Shown here: positions 26,471 through 38,840 of the stretch, piece after piece
Position numbering within the stretch: position 1 is the first letter of the stretch
Layout of the letters: each line of letters starts with the position of its first letter
Source: Dipteris shenzhenensis
Lineage: Eukaryota
Length of the DNA: 64,000 bases
Assembly (NCBI GenBank): GCA_047967505.1
Contig: CM106538.1
Direction: 5' to 3' (one strand)
Position numbers and translations under genes: made by a program
Notes under the pieces: model-generated
The model's input: only the letters and a program-made list of their open reading frames with translations
Database searches by the model: none
What the model was told of the DNA's origin: nothing

Positions 26471-28769
26471 CTATATATGTGAAGCATCGTGAACCTTTTG
26501 CCTTTGATACCACCCAAGCTGGACTTCTACTCCAAAAGATCTATCTGAAAGGTTGAACCCTCTTTTATATTCCACATACCCCCCACCAACCTTTCTCCTC
26601 ATTTTTTGAACTCGTCCAAGGTACCATATAGCTTGTGTTTTCTTTTTTTGCAAAGATCTTGGATTGCATTTCCTTTTGCTTTTCCTTGTTTTGCGTTCTT
26701 CGTGAAAGAATATGGCACAATCGGAACCTATTCCAAATAGGTTCTCATTTGATATAGCAAGAGGTATATCTTCCTTAGAGTAGTATACTCCTTGGCGAAC
26801 CCTTGTGAGTCTATCTTTAGAGACTGTGGGATTTCCATTAAGTTGGAGAGAATCCACCACACTGTCTGATTTCACTTATGGAGGCATCGTTGTCATTATC
26901 ATCTATTTCTGACACATGATTTGGTCTTCTTCTTTAGAATCAGATTCTTGTGAATATGCATCTGTAAATCCATTTGACCAAGGTTCCATCCACCACTTCA
27001 TATTCTCACCCTTTGGCTTCATATGCAAACTTTCACACCTTTCTTGAGTACTTTTTAGTCCCTTCTTCAATGCTTCGATGATTTTATCATCAGTTGACAC
27101 ACACTCATAGTCCCCTAGATTAGCTTCTCGCATGTTCTCTTTGAGATTCAATTCTCTCCAGACATGTTCTTGCTTCTTATGTGCCCTTGTAAATAGAGGA
27201 CTATCCTCTTTGCATTAAAAGTGTGCAAGCCTATTCATACTACCTACACTATGTAGCATATCCATCAAGTCATAAGCGCATTCTTGTCCCACCATGCTTC
27301 CAATCTTGCTGAAGAAGATTTCAACTGCATCTGAACCTGTAAGATATAAAGGACACCTTAGGCCTGGACAAAATTCTCTAAAGTACTTGATCAGTAGGAC
27401 CACAAAATGGCATGAGAGTTGCACACCTAAGAAAGCTTCCTTAGTTATGAAGTTTCTATTCAACGTATAGTTGGCATGATGAGCAATCCAAGACCTTCAA
27501 ATTTGAAAGAAAAAAGAGACTTTGCCCGCCAAATAGACTTGATCCACAAGACTCAAATGTGGAGATAAGAAGATGTCGATGTAATCTCCACCAATTTCAA
27601 GATAAGCTTGTGTTCCTAGCATGCTCCTCTCTTTTCTATGAATTCCATTGTTTGCCGATTCTCCCAAGCACCATTGCACTTGTCTACTACATATTCTTTG
27701 AGCTCCAGCCCAATTTTGTGGCAGTCATCTTGCCTAATGTCTCCCTCCCTTAGCATATGCTTGTCGATAGAAAAAGCATCATACACAATAATGACATGAT
27801 TTAAGGTGATCCAAACATTGCCAATAGCCAATTGACACTTAGGCTTGTTGAGAACATTGACTGACTTTTTTCCATTATGTACAAAATCTTGATCATGCAG
27901 CCCAAAAACTTGATTTTTGAAAACTTTTGTTGAGAGAGGCCATCCATCCCATTTTATCCCAAATCTACTACCTCTTTTATCTAGATAATCGGAGATCATC
28001 AATGTTCTTCGCCGACTATCACCAGTAGATGCATATTTGTCGACATAAAAGATTTCATCTTCTCTATCGCATCTTCTATCTCTCTTTTGTCATCCTTTGT
28101 CAGTTGATGCACTAATTTGGGCATATCTTCTTTTCGTAGTCCTCGAGCAACCATATACTTGAGCTCATGCTTTTTACTTTATAATATGTGAAATCTCATG
28201 AAGTTAGAGAAGCAATTGTATGCTGCATGCTTGCCTTCTATAAATCCTTTACCATAAAGTTCATTACACTCATGACACCAAATTCGCACATGGGGCACCC
28301 CATTGAAGTCCTCAGAATGCAACTCAAACTTATCATCCCTTGACACTACCATTTACTTTAGCTTTGATCTAACTCTATCAGATTCACATTGCCAAAGTTC
28401 AAGACTACTTGGGCTTAGTAATCTACTAGAAATCTTTCAAGACATGTGCACTTGGGCATCAAGATTTATGTCATCAGCTAGTTGAGTGCAATGTCTTTTA
28501 CATGGATAAGGAGTTTCCTCTATGCGGCATAGACTTCTCTTGATGTGCACTAAGAGTTGATCACTGATTGTCCATCGTTCCTCTTGCCGTTTGGTTATTG
28601 TATATTCATCCTCAACAAACTCAAAGGGTTCCAATAGAAGCTCATCACCTTCAATTTGTTCACGAACATGAGAGAATGTGGGATGACCTGTGTCTCTTGT
28701 CACCCTAACAACACCTAATTCCTCCTTATTATCATAGTCAATCACTTGAATCCTAAAAAAAGATGCCAT
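26471..28769 (-). pseudogene. P-element/THAP9-like transposase remnant with possible ubiquitin-like and zinc-finger N-terminus
   Basis: ASTGDSRRR, QDFVHNGKK (D-x2-H motif), LAIG, GSDAVEIFFS (compare the QDxxExFF motif of P transposases); upstream IWCHEC motif. Frameshifts; the first catalytic Asp region is apparently deleted. Confidence 0.6.
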
Positions 28770-29616
28770 GATAGGAGACCGATGTACTTCAAAATAAAAT
28801 GAGAACCTTAATTATAACCCCCCCTCCACCTATGTGTGCATGACCTGCAAAATTTAGATTGCCAATTTGTGCATGACTGGTGGGTTTAAATTGAATCATT
28901 ATAATAAAAATTTGTACACATGACTCATGGGTTTGAGTTTAACCATAATAAACACAAACTCTTCCCAAATTAATACACAAATATAAAATTTTGAAAAAAA
29001 ATAAAAATACATTCTAAGACACTTTACACTTTATTAAATTCAAATAATATAAACACATATACTAGTATTCAAAATGCAAGAAGTTACAACACGAAGATAA
29101 AAATTTGAGAATTTTTTAAATATATATTTTATAATACCTTATTAAATTCAAATAGTATAGATGCATATACTAGTATTCAAAATGCATTGAAAGAGTAACA
29201 TTATAGTTTATAAACATAATTGTCCAAGAGTAGCTTTATAATAAAATCGGATTAATAAAACTGAGGCATCATCTCTGCAAACAGGCATGGGGTTGAGTGT
29301 TAAATCTTGCTAGTCGATTATTCATCTCAGCCAATGTCATTCTATTTTGTTTGTCCACAAACATATAGTTAGTTGCATTAAAATAAATCTGCCACAACTT
29401 GCCACTCCATGCTGACTATTTTGTGTAATCCTCTTTGAAGTAGTATTCCTTACACTCCTTATAAAAATTAATAACCTCTTTAATCATGTATCCCATGGCA
29501 AACACATCTGATTCTTTATTGTAAGCATTGCTGTTCTCAGGGTCGACTATTTCTGGAGCTTGCCAAGGTCGGAGTCAATTTTGTCTTATTGTTGTACTCT
29601 TCTTGATCTTATAAGT

Positions 29617-32600
29617 AAAGCAGCAATACTCATGCAGTCATACCCCACAGCAAAATGGACTTCCAAAAAGGAAAAATAGGCATATTGGAGAGGTATCTCA
29701 GGCCATGCTAAATGAAAAAGACCTACCAGATTATTATTGGGCTGAAGCAATTGCTACAACAATTTACATAATGAACAGGACTCCCACTACAGCAATACAT
29801 GGCATGATGCTAGAGGAGATGTATACTGGTAGGAAACTAGATATTTCTCATTTGAAACTTTTTGGTTGCATTGCCTATGTTCATGTGCCAGATGAGTTGA
29901 GGTCCAAAAGCTGAGAAGTGCATCTTTATTGGTTATTCTCTACAATAGAAAGGGTATAGATGCTATAACCCTTCTCCTCATAAGTTTACAGTGAGCAGAG
30001 ATGTTGTTTTTGATGAAATGAGCAGCTGGTATAAACCAGTAAATGTGATTGATGATGTAGATGCACAAAATGGTAATGCTGCACAGAATTCACAGTAGCA
30101 ATCACAAAATATTAGTGGACCTGGAGTGTCCTCTAGCAGTGGTTCGAATACTTCGCCAAGGACAGGCAGATTGAGATCAGGAGAATCTCCTCAAAGCAAT
30201 GCAGATAGTGGTATGCAGGTATCACAAAAAGGAAAAGACAAGGTAGATCAGCCCATGTTTGATGTGAATGCAGGTCATTCTTATGTGGATGGTGAATCCA
30301 GTGAACACCATATTATAGAATTTGGGAATCTTCCAAGTCCCACTTTCATGTGAAGGGTTAAGATTTGACCATGTGGCCAAAACTTGAACCCTTATTTGAA
30401 AATGGGACTTGGGAGGATTCGCTAATATGGTATTAAAGATGGATTCCACTTTCAAGTAATGGGTTTATATTTGACCATGTGATCAAATCTTAACCCTATT
30501 GGGAAGTCCCAAACTATTTGAAAATTCCCGAATTCCCTAATACAGTGTTAGTGGCTCAGAACAGAGCATTGATGATGAGTTGGGTATTCCTTTTGTTGTT
30601 ACACCTGGAGTAAGGAAGACCAGGGATGTTTTGAGAGCACCTAGAAGTAAGCCTATTTTGCGCAGGTCTACTAGATCCAAGTATCCTGTGGATAGGCTAA
30701 AATATAATGGATTTACAGCCATTCACTATGCCTATATGGTCAAAGTGATACAGGAACCGGAACCCACTTCTTTTGAGCAAGCAATGGGAAATGAAAAATG
30801 GGAGAAAGCCATGGATGAAGAAATGGATGCCTTGGAAGCCAATGCTACATGGGAATTGGTGCCTTTGCCTAAAAACAAGAATGCAATTGGCTGTAAGTGG
30901 GTTTATAAGGTCAAGCACAATGCAGATGGTTCTGTGAATAGATACAAGGCAAGATTAGTTGTCAAGGGGTATGCACAGACATATGGCATTGATTATGAAG
31001 AAACATTCAGTCCGGTTGCAAGAATGGCAACTGTAAGAGCAGTCATTTCTATGGCTGCTTAAAAGGGATGGTCTCTACATCAGATGGATGTAAAGAATGC
31101 CTTCTTGCATGGTGATTTGCAAGAAGAGGTATTTATGGAGCAGCCACTAGGTTATGTTCATGCTATTCATTCTGAGTTTGTTTGCAGGTTGAAGAAAGCC
31201 TTGTATGGCTTGAAGCAAGCACCTAGAGCACGGTCTGACAAGATAGGATAGTATCTTGTCACTGTTGGCTTTTAGATTTCCAAGGCAGATTTCTCACTTT
31301 ATGTGAGAAAAACAGAGAAAGGTATTATGCTGCTTGTCATTTATGTTGATGATTTGATCATCATAGGTGATAGTGATGAAGATATCCTTCATGTGAAAAT
31401 GCTATTGAAGCAGAAGTTTGAGATGAAGGATTTGGGAGAGATGCATTATTTCTTGGGCATTGAGGTGATTAGATAACTAAGTGGGATATGGCTCTTGCAG
31501 AGGCAGTATGGATTGGACATGCTATCCAAATATGGGATGACAGGTTGTAAGCCTATTTGAGTTCCTTTGGAGCAGAATGTGAAGCTGAGTGCAGATGCAA
31601 GTGAGCTTCTGGAAGACCCTACTATGTATAGATGCATAGTAGGAAGTTTGATTGATATGACTATTACCAGGCCAGATTTGAGCTATGCTGTTGGATTGGT
31701 AAGTTAGTTTATGCAGGCTCCAAGGAAACCGCATTTGGATGCGGCTAGATGCATACTCAGGTATGGGATGTCCACATTGCAGTATGGACTATTTTATGAG
31801 GCTGGGGTTCAGATACAGTTGCATGGATGCACTGATGCTGATTGGGCTGGTAGTATTTCTGATAGACAATCTACCAGTGGATATGTGTTCTCTTTTGGGA
31901 GTGCTGCAATCACTTGTAGCAACAAGAAACAGCCTACAATTGCCTTATCAAGCATAGAGGCTAAGTACAAGGGTGCAGCAATGGCTGCATGTGAGGTAGC
32001 TTGGTTGCATAAGCTACTTTATGATATGCATCAGTCTACATATGGGCCAGTTATCATTTATTGTGACAACATGAGCAGTATACACTTGGCAAATAACCCA
32101 GTCTATCATGCTAGAACAAAGCACATTGAGGTGCATTATCACTATGTGTGGGAGAAGGTTTTACTAGGTCTTATTGATCTAGTTTCTGTCAGCACAGAGG
32201 ATTAGGTAGCTGACATATTCACAAAGGCATTGGGCGCAGAGAAGCTGCACAAGTTCAGAGACCTGCTTGGTGTGCAGGAATTGGGATATAGCTCGAGGGG
32301 GAGTGTTGAGATATCGAGCTCCACTCGTGATATGCCAGGGTGACTGTTGTGCTTTTATGTCAACGACTTGTTAGCTGCAGATGCGGTTGGTACACCACCC
32401 ATGAATAATAGCTGAATGATAGCTATCCTTATGTACTCTAGTTCGTGGCTCAGTTAGTATGCCACCTTAGTTAGCTGAGTTTGGTTTGAGACCCACATGT
32501 AGGGTTCTTCTATTTCTTTATACTAGAGTTCTTTTGGATTTCACAACTAAGAAGAGGAAAACTATTTTTAGCCTACACCTTTGTGTGTATTCCCCCATTG

Positions 32601-32655
32601 TGTATGTGAGAAAGCCGCAAGTGAGACTCCTTCGTTCTCTCCCACTATCTTCAGA
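29617..32655 (+). mobile_element. Decayed copia family D, 3' half with 3' LTR
   Basis: IN-RT-RH remnants; PPT; LTR 32304-~32655. Confidence 0.92.
30304..30549. mobile_element. MITE, 246 bp, 4-bp TSD
   Basis: Interrupts copia GAATCCAGTGGCTCAG; TSD AGTG at 30300-30303 and 30550-30553; ~33-bp imperfect TIRs starting AACAC. Confidence 0.9.
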
Positions 32656-33042
32656 ATCTAGAGGCCAGGACTCTGAAGCGCGATAAGGTAGAGGTCTCAA
32701 GTCTCACAAAAGTGGTTCAACATGTCAAGAGGACAAGGAGATGTGCTGCTTGGAAGTCCTCAATAGGGAGCCAAGGCGTTGCGCTTTGGTTGCAATGTAG
32801 AGTCAGACAGGGGAGGCGTTGGGTCCTAAGAGAGCCCCAAATGTAAAATGTTTAATGAATAAAGTTAACACTATTTTGAGTCAATTATAGATTCAAAAAT
32901 TCACAAATTTGTTTGAAAATTGCAGAATTGCATGTGCGACATGGCAGGGTGGAGGAGTGAGTGGGTTGGGAAGGAGGGTGGTGAAGATTAAGTATTATCG
33001 AACTGGTGACAAAAGACTGGGGGGGAAGGGGGTGCACTCAAA

Positions 33043-33112
33043 AAACCCTAATTTAAAAGAAAAACCCTAAAGTGCTTTAAAAAAGACTATATAAAGCACT
33101 TCAAAACCCTAA
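33043..33112 (+). promoter_or_regulatory. Putative promoter of the H3-like gene: three telo-boxes and a TATA box
   Basis: AAACCCTAA at 33043, 33062, 33104; TATATAAA at 33088; ATG at 33127. Confidence 0.6.
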
Positions 33113-33126
33113 AATCTCTCATTTCT

Positions 33127-34241
33127 ATGGCACGAGTTAAACAAACTGCTAGACCCACTGGACGCCATTTAGATGCTACCCGTTGTCCTCCTCACAATGC
33201 CATGGCCTCCAAACACACTGCAAGACTAGTGGCCAAGAGGGTAATGATCACCAAGGATCTGAAGGCAGTTCTCATCATCAAGAGTCCAAGCAATGCGAGT
33301 CCCCACCATCCAACTCTCATGGGGGATCCTAGGGATCTCCGCACCATGAGGAATCCCAGCACGATGAAGGATCTAAGCACGATGAGGGGTCCTCTCAGTC
33401 CTTCCACACAACTAATCATGGAAGTAGAGAGGTCTCCCGAGAGGGGCAATATAGTCCAGTCAATCCTGATCAACTGCCCCTCCCTCCTTCGTGGGGTCTT
33501 GGCGTGGAGCATCTAGACCAACAAGGGGAGCAAGAAAGGCAAAGAGAGGAGATGGAGAGATTACAGGGGCCACAAAAATAGGAAGTATTTTGCGGGCTTG
33601 CAGATATAATGAACCTTAGCTCCAATCCTCCAACCAAGCAGACCACACGGAAGAGCACCATCAACCCTTTGTGCCTCGAGATGATCAGATATGAGGAGCC
33701 TCTAGTATGAGCTGAGCAAGATCCTCAGCCTGCTATCTCACAGCCTCGTGAAAAGGATAAGAGACCAAGGACAAAGTAGACCCCTAGGCATGACAGGCCA
33801 CCTCGAATGACCCAGCAGACACAGGAAGAGGTGTCTGAAGAGGTGGTTGCAAGGGAGGAGAGGCGAAAGAAGTTCAAAGTGGACAAGTGGCCATGGAGCC
33901 ATGTCCAAAGGCCAGTGCATGGTCCCCCAAAGATTAAGAGGCACAAAAAATCAGAAGTGAAGGCACTTCAGGAGATCCCCAAGTTCCAAACCACTGTGGA
34001 CAATCTCATTTCCCGTGCAGCCTTCTAGCATGTTGTATGTGAAATAGCACAGCATTACAAGAGTGATGTGCATTTCACTTCAGGCGCTATGGGAGCAATT
34101 CAGGAGGCAACGGAGCAGATGACAGTAGGTCTTTTTGAAGATGTGAACTTATGTGCTATCCATGCCAAAAGAGTAACAGTGATGGACAAGGACCTTGCAC
34201 TCACCAAGCGCATCTGCTCCGATCCCTCCCTTAGGCCCTAG
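33127..34241 (+). pseudogene. Divergent histone H3 variant with very long N-terminal tail (~371 aa reconstructed), intronless
   Basis: Starts MARVKQTAR; fold [38 protein letters not shown]...[25 protein letters not shown]. One frameshift near 33227; stops at 33330, 33579, 33708, 33777, 34026; AATAAA near 34308. Confidence 0.92.
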
Positions 34242-34483
34242 ATGTTGTTTAGGTTCATTTGGTGTAACCTGAATCATTTTGTAAATCTCTGCCCTTTGAG
34301 GCCAATGAATAAAAGATATTTTTATGTTCTATTACTATTCCCATGTTTTTTTTTTTTTTTGCCAAAAAACAGTGCTGATTATATTACTTCAAAAAAACAA
34401 GATACATGAGGTCAGTTTTGTAGCTGGCGGGCTGCGTTCACAAAAATCGAACGTAGCCCTAAATGGAAACAAAAAGCTCTCTC

Positions 34484-37400
34484 TCACAGAGGGATCAGGA
34501 GGGTGTGAATAAACAGCCAGAGAGGTGGTGAATAGCGCCATTGAAGGCCCTGATAAGTATGCTCGAAGAAGAGGCCCTGCGTATCCCAATCTCGGAGGAA
34601 ACGTCTCCGCTTCTCCCGGCTAGCCCGAGAATCTCCCTGTATATGGTCCCACTGGCCTCTAAGTGCGTGGATAATCTCACTCCAGATGTTAGCCATGATT
34701 TGGGCAGTCGAAAGAGAGGTACCACCTAGGATCTGCGCGCAGTGCGAGGTCCAAATGTGCCATCCAGTGATGCTGCTAATAATCTCCCAGATTGGTTGCC
34801 TCTCCTGAGATCCTATGTCCACCTCTGCCAGGTGCGGCGGGATGCCCTCAAGCGGCCCCCAAGTCCCCTGTGTGATAAGGAACATGGGGTCCTGCGGGCC
34901 TGCCTCAAACAACTGATGAAAGCCAGGTGTGGTGCTGCACCAGCAGAACGCGCCCCAGGTGATCAAACCTAGCTCCGGTGCTACGCGAGTAAGGATCCCG
35001 AAGGTCCACCTCCACACTTCCTGGGTGCGACTGCAGCTCTACAGGCACTATTTTGGTGACTCCTCGTCCTCATGACAAATTTGACAAAGTCCATCCTGAC
35101 CAATCTGCCGCAACCAGCTCCCCACTGGAAGACCCTTGCGAGTAGCCAAAGGAAGTAGGAAATCTTCCGCGGCCGCCAGCTCTCCCACAAGGCCTTCCAG
35201 AAGGCCTGCAAAAATAGCTTGGAGATACCCTGAGCATACCAACTAGGCCGCTGGGTGGGCAGGCGGCTCTGCACCCTCCCTAGAACTCTCCTGCCCAATG
35301 TCATACTGTAAGCGAAGAAAGGGGTCGGCCCCTGGCCTGCCACAACCTCTAACCATCTCCACTCACCTGGGTCCCAATCAAGCTCTGACAGGGCCCGCCC
35401 CTCCCAAAGCTGATCCTGCAGCTGATCCTGCTCTATACTAGGATCGATCCGCCAAACCTTCCCCACAAGGCCTACGACCCAAACCCTCTGCCACGAGAGA
35501 AGGGGGTCGATGAGCACACCCTCTCTCCTGAGTCGGCCGTCCCCCAAAACCGCGAAGAAGGAAACAGAGGTGTCGTCCATCCGGCCTGCAACCACTAGTG
35601 GGATGCCACGGGGGGTGAACTGTCCAAGCCAACGGTCATCACCAAGCATGAGGATCTGAATCTCGGGTGGAACCAACCAACCAGCAGGAATCGCTCCGTC
35701 TATCTCTGTGCATCTCGCCTGAGCTCCACGGACACCTCCTGCTACGGCTGCTAAAGCAATGGTCTCCAAGTGTTTGTAAGTGTCCCTCCAAACTCGAAGG
35801 GATTGGGCTGGCCCCCGCATCCAACCGTCCCACAGGATATGTGATCTCTCCCCCAGCTGAAGGCCCAAGGTATCTCTGACTTGATCGTTCCAGATGAGCG
35901 GCTGGCGGTCGATCTCCTCCTGTCTGCTAGGAGGGGACTAGAGGAGACTGAGACAGAGTCGCCTCCAAACTGTGAGAAGGCTACGAATGAGCGGGGAGCG
36001 GGGGTGAGTAAGCAGTGCAGAGGTGAAGATCCATCGAAGGGACGGTAGCCACTCTCCACCTCAGTGCGGGATGCAAGAATTGATCCCCTGCTGAAGTAAC
36101 ATCTTCCACGTTTGCCCCCCCGCCGGGGTCAAACCACGGATGACTAACTTGCCTAGCAGGGCCTGACTCTGAAGCTTAGGATTAATGACCCCCAAGCCAC
36201 ACTCAACCTACGGAAGAATGACTGTCTGCCAAGCTACCCTGGCTCTGGTATCTCTGAGACCACCATCCCCCCCAGACCACAGGAAATTCCGGACCATCCT
36301 CCTGAGCTGTGCCATGCTGGATCTCGAGAAGCACCAACAAGAGGCCACATACTAGGCCGCAGGAGAACTTGGTTGACTACAAGAGCACGACCTGCAAGAG
36401 AAAGCTTAGCAGTGCTCCAGAAAGCCAGCTTCCATCGAATGGAATCTAGCACCAAGAGAAACTGTTGAGCTGGCATGATGTCCAAGCCGACCTGAAAGCT
36501 GAGATATCTAGCTGTCTGCCCCCGCGGGATCCATCTGAAACCCAAAAACCTCCCCCACTGTGAGCATGCCCCAGGGTTTGTGAGAAAACCAACTGATTTG
36601 TTCTAGTTGATTTTTGCACCAGCTGCCGAGCAAAAGACCTCTAAGGCCAGCCTCACCCTCTCGAGCATCATCTCATCATCCTGAACGTACAGCACTGTGT
36701 CATCTGCATACTTCGAATCCAGGAGCTCCGTGTCCTCCTTGATGGGAAGGCGAACACCCCGGATCTCAGTCGACCTCGCCCGAAGGTAGTATGTCATCAC
36801 CTCGGCAAAGAAGAGAAACAGGTAAGGAGCGAGGGGGCAGCCCTGACGCACTGATCTCTCCAATCGAAAATCGCTCTCCCATCCTGCCCGATGATGACCC
36901 TGCTGGAAGATAATGCTGAGATACCCTGAATCCATCCTACTAGGAATCCCAGTCTCTCCAAAGTACCCTCCAGGAAGGACCAATCCACTCGATTGTAGGC
37001 CTTCTCAAAGTCGAGAAGTAGGATGGCTAAGTGCGACCCGCTATGCTGAGCCCACTCCATCACCTCTGAGAAGGTAAAGACATTATCCAGGATACTGCGA
37101 TCCTGGACAAAGCCTGTCTGAGTGTCATGAATGAGGTCAGGAAGTAGTGGCCGAACTCTAGCGCTGATCATCTTGGCAAGGATTTTGTAGGCAATGGTGA
37201 GGAGAGTGATCGGGCGCCACTGACGGATCTCCTGTCGGTCTCCTCCCTTCAGGATGAGGCAAATCAATCCTGAGGAGAGGCTCTCTGGCATATGTCCGCT
37301 GCTAAAAATCCTCTTGAGGGCTGCTAGGAGGGTCTGATGGATCTGATCCCAGAAAGAGGTGAAGAAAGCGCGAGAGAGCCCATCCTCGCCAGGGCATTTC

Positions 37401-38840
37401 TGCCCATCGATGGCCATCAAGGCCTCCTGCATCTCGACAGTGGTGAACGGTGCCATCAACATCGTCTGCATGCTGGGCTGAACAAGGGCTAGAATGTGCC
37501 TCCACACCTCCTCACAGGAGCGTCTAGTACGGGGGGCAAGCTGCTCCTACTAGAAAAGAGTCCTCTAGAAGTCGGTAGCCAACCCCAATACCTCTTCCAG
37601 ATTAGTAACAATGTGCCCCTCCGCTGTCCTAAGATTCTGGAGCTGATCACCTGCTGCCCTCTGGCCATGCGTCCTAAAGAACTCTTTGCTCATCCGGTCG
37701 CCCTTCCGAGCCCAGTAGGAGAGGGAGGCATGATAAGAAAACTCTGAGAGACGTTGGAGAGTCTCCTCAAGAAGGGCTCTGGCTCGAAGGGCCTGGATCC
37801 GAAGCTCCTCCGAATCGGAGCTGCCTACTGGAGTCGCTAAATGGAGGCGAGGTCCCTACGAAGAGCTCTCTCTACCCCACCACTCTTGGCGAACCTGAAG
37901 GGCTACGAGCTGGCAAATTTGGCTGGACTCCTGCAAAGCCTGTGCCACCGACTCTACCAGATCCACGCACTCGCCCCAATCTCTGTCCCAAAGGCTACCG
38001 ATACTGCTGCGCACCTCCTCCCTAGAAAAGATGGAATCAGGAATCCTGCACGAACGGGGAGGAAGGGACTGAGCTGCCGAGTCTAGTGATAAGAGCACTG
38101 GGGCATTGTCGAAGAGTGTCGTCCCTGGCACTATACCCACCTGACCACATCTGCTCACTGACATAAAATCTGTCCAATCTCTCCAGGAGTCTGCCTCCTT
38201 CCCTGTGGAAGCCCCATGAGAAGTCCAAGCTCCCGTGCCATCGACGGAAGGACGGGTCTCTCCAGCTGTCCCTACCTCCTGTCGTGAAGATAAAGGAGTC
38301 CCAAGCGGATTGCTCTGCTTGAGCTATACCTGTAAACTCTGGTCCTCTGCCCTGCTGGTCCTCCAAAGTCTCCAGATTGTTGAAGTCACCTCCAAGAATC
38401 CAGGAATCCATGTCTGGGAGAATCTCTGAGAGTATCCTCTAGAAAGTGGCTCTTCATCGGAGGTCTGTGGGTGCATAGATGTTGAGGATTCCTATTTTGG
38501 AACCCTCCAACTCTAGGCCAACCCAAAGTGCATGGCCTGGGATCAATGTACCATGACCAAAAACTCCCTGGGCAAACGACTCGCAAATGGAAGTACGGAC
38601 ACCACCACTCCTCCCCTGTGCACCGATTGAGGGCTCCCAATAAGTGTAAGATCATCTAGGGAGGATCTTCCCGCAGCTACGGGAATGAGCCACTGAAAGC
38701 TTATGCTCCTAGAGCACGAGTCTATCCAAGCGACCAATCACTGCTGGCTGAAGTTCCTGTCTCAAGATGAGCTTTCTAGGACCACGGGTGCCAAAAGAAT
38801 GAAACCTATTCACATTCCAGGAGACAAGGTGTAAGCTCAT
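34484..38840 (-). pseudogene. LINE ORF2 (AP endonuclease, reverse transcriptase, C-terminal zinc finger)
   Basis: MSLHLVSWNV, WILGGDFN, RLDRFYV, WRPITLL, LLDFEKAY, VRQGCPLAP, YADD, CQICHEDEES; many frameshifts. Confidence 0.93.

Noticed and set aside
29025-29190. Short direct duplications (also ~44030-44110, ~45305-45420, ~52692-52722)
   Set aside because: Two-copy local duplications; no evidence they are element termini or functional.
33127-34241. Calling the H3-like gene CENH3
   Set aside because: Loop 1 has canonical length ([12 protein letters not shown]), Phe is kept where plant CENH3 usually has Trp, the TAG at 34026 implies canonical Gln68, and there are no introns. Phylogeny is needed, so no symbol was assigned.
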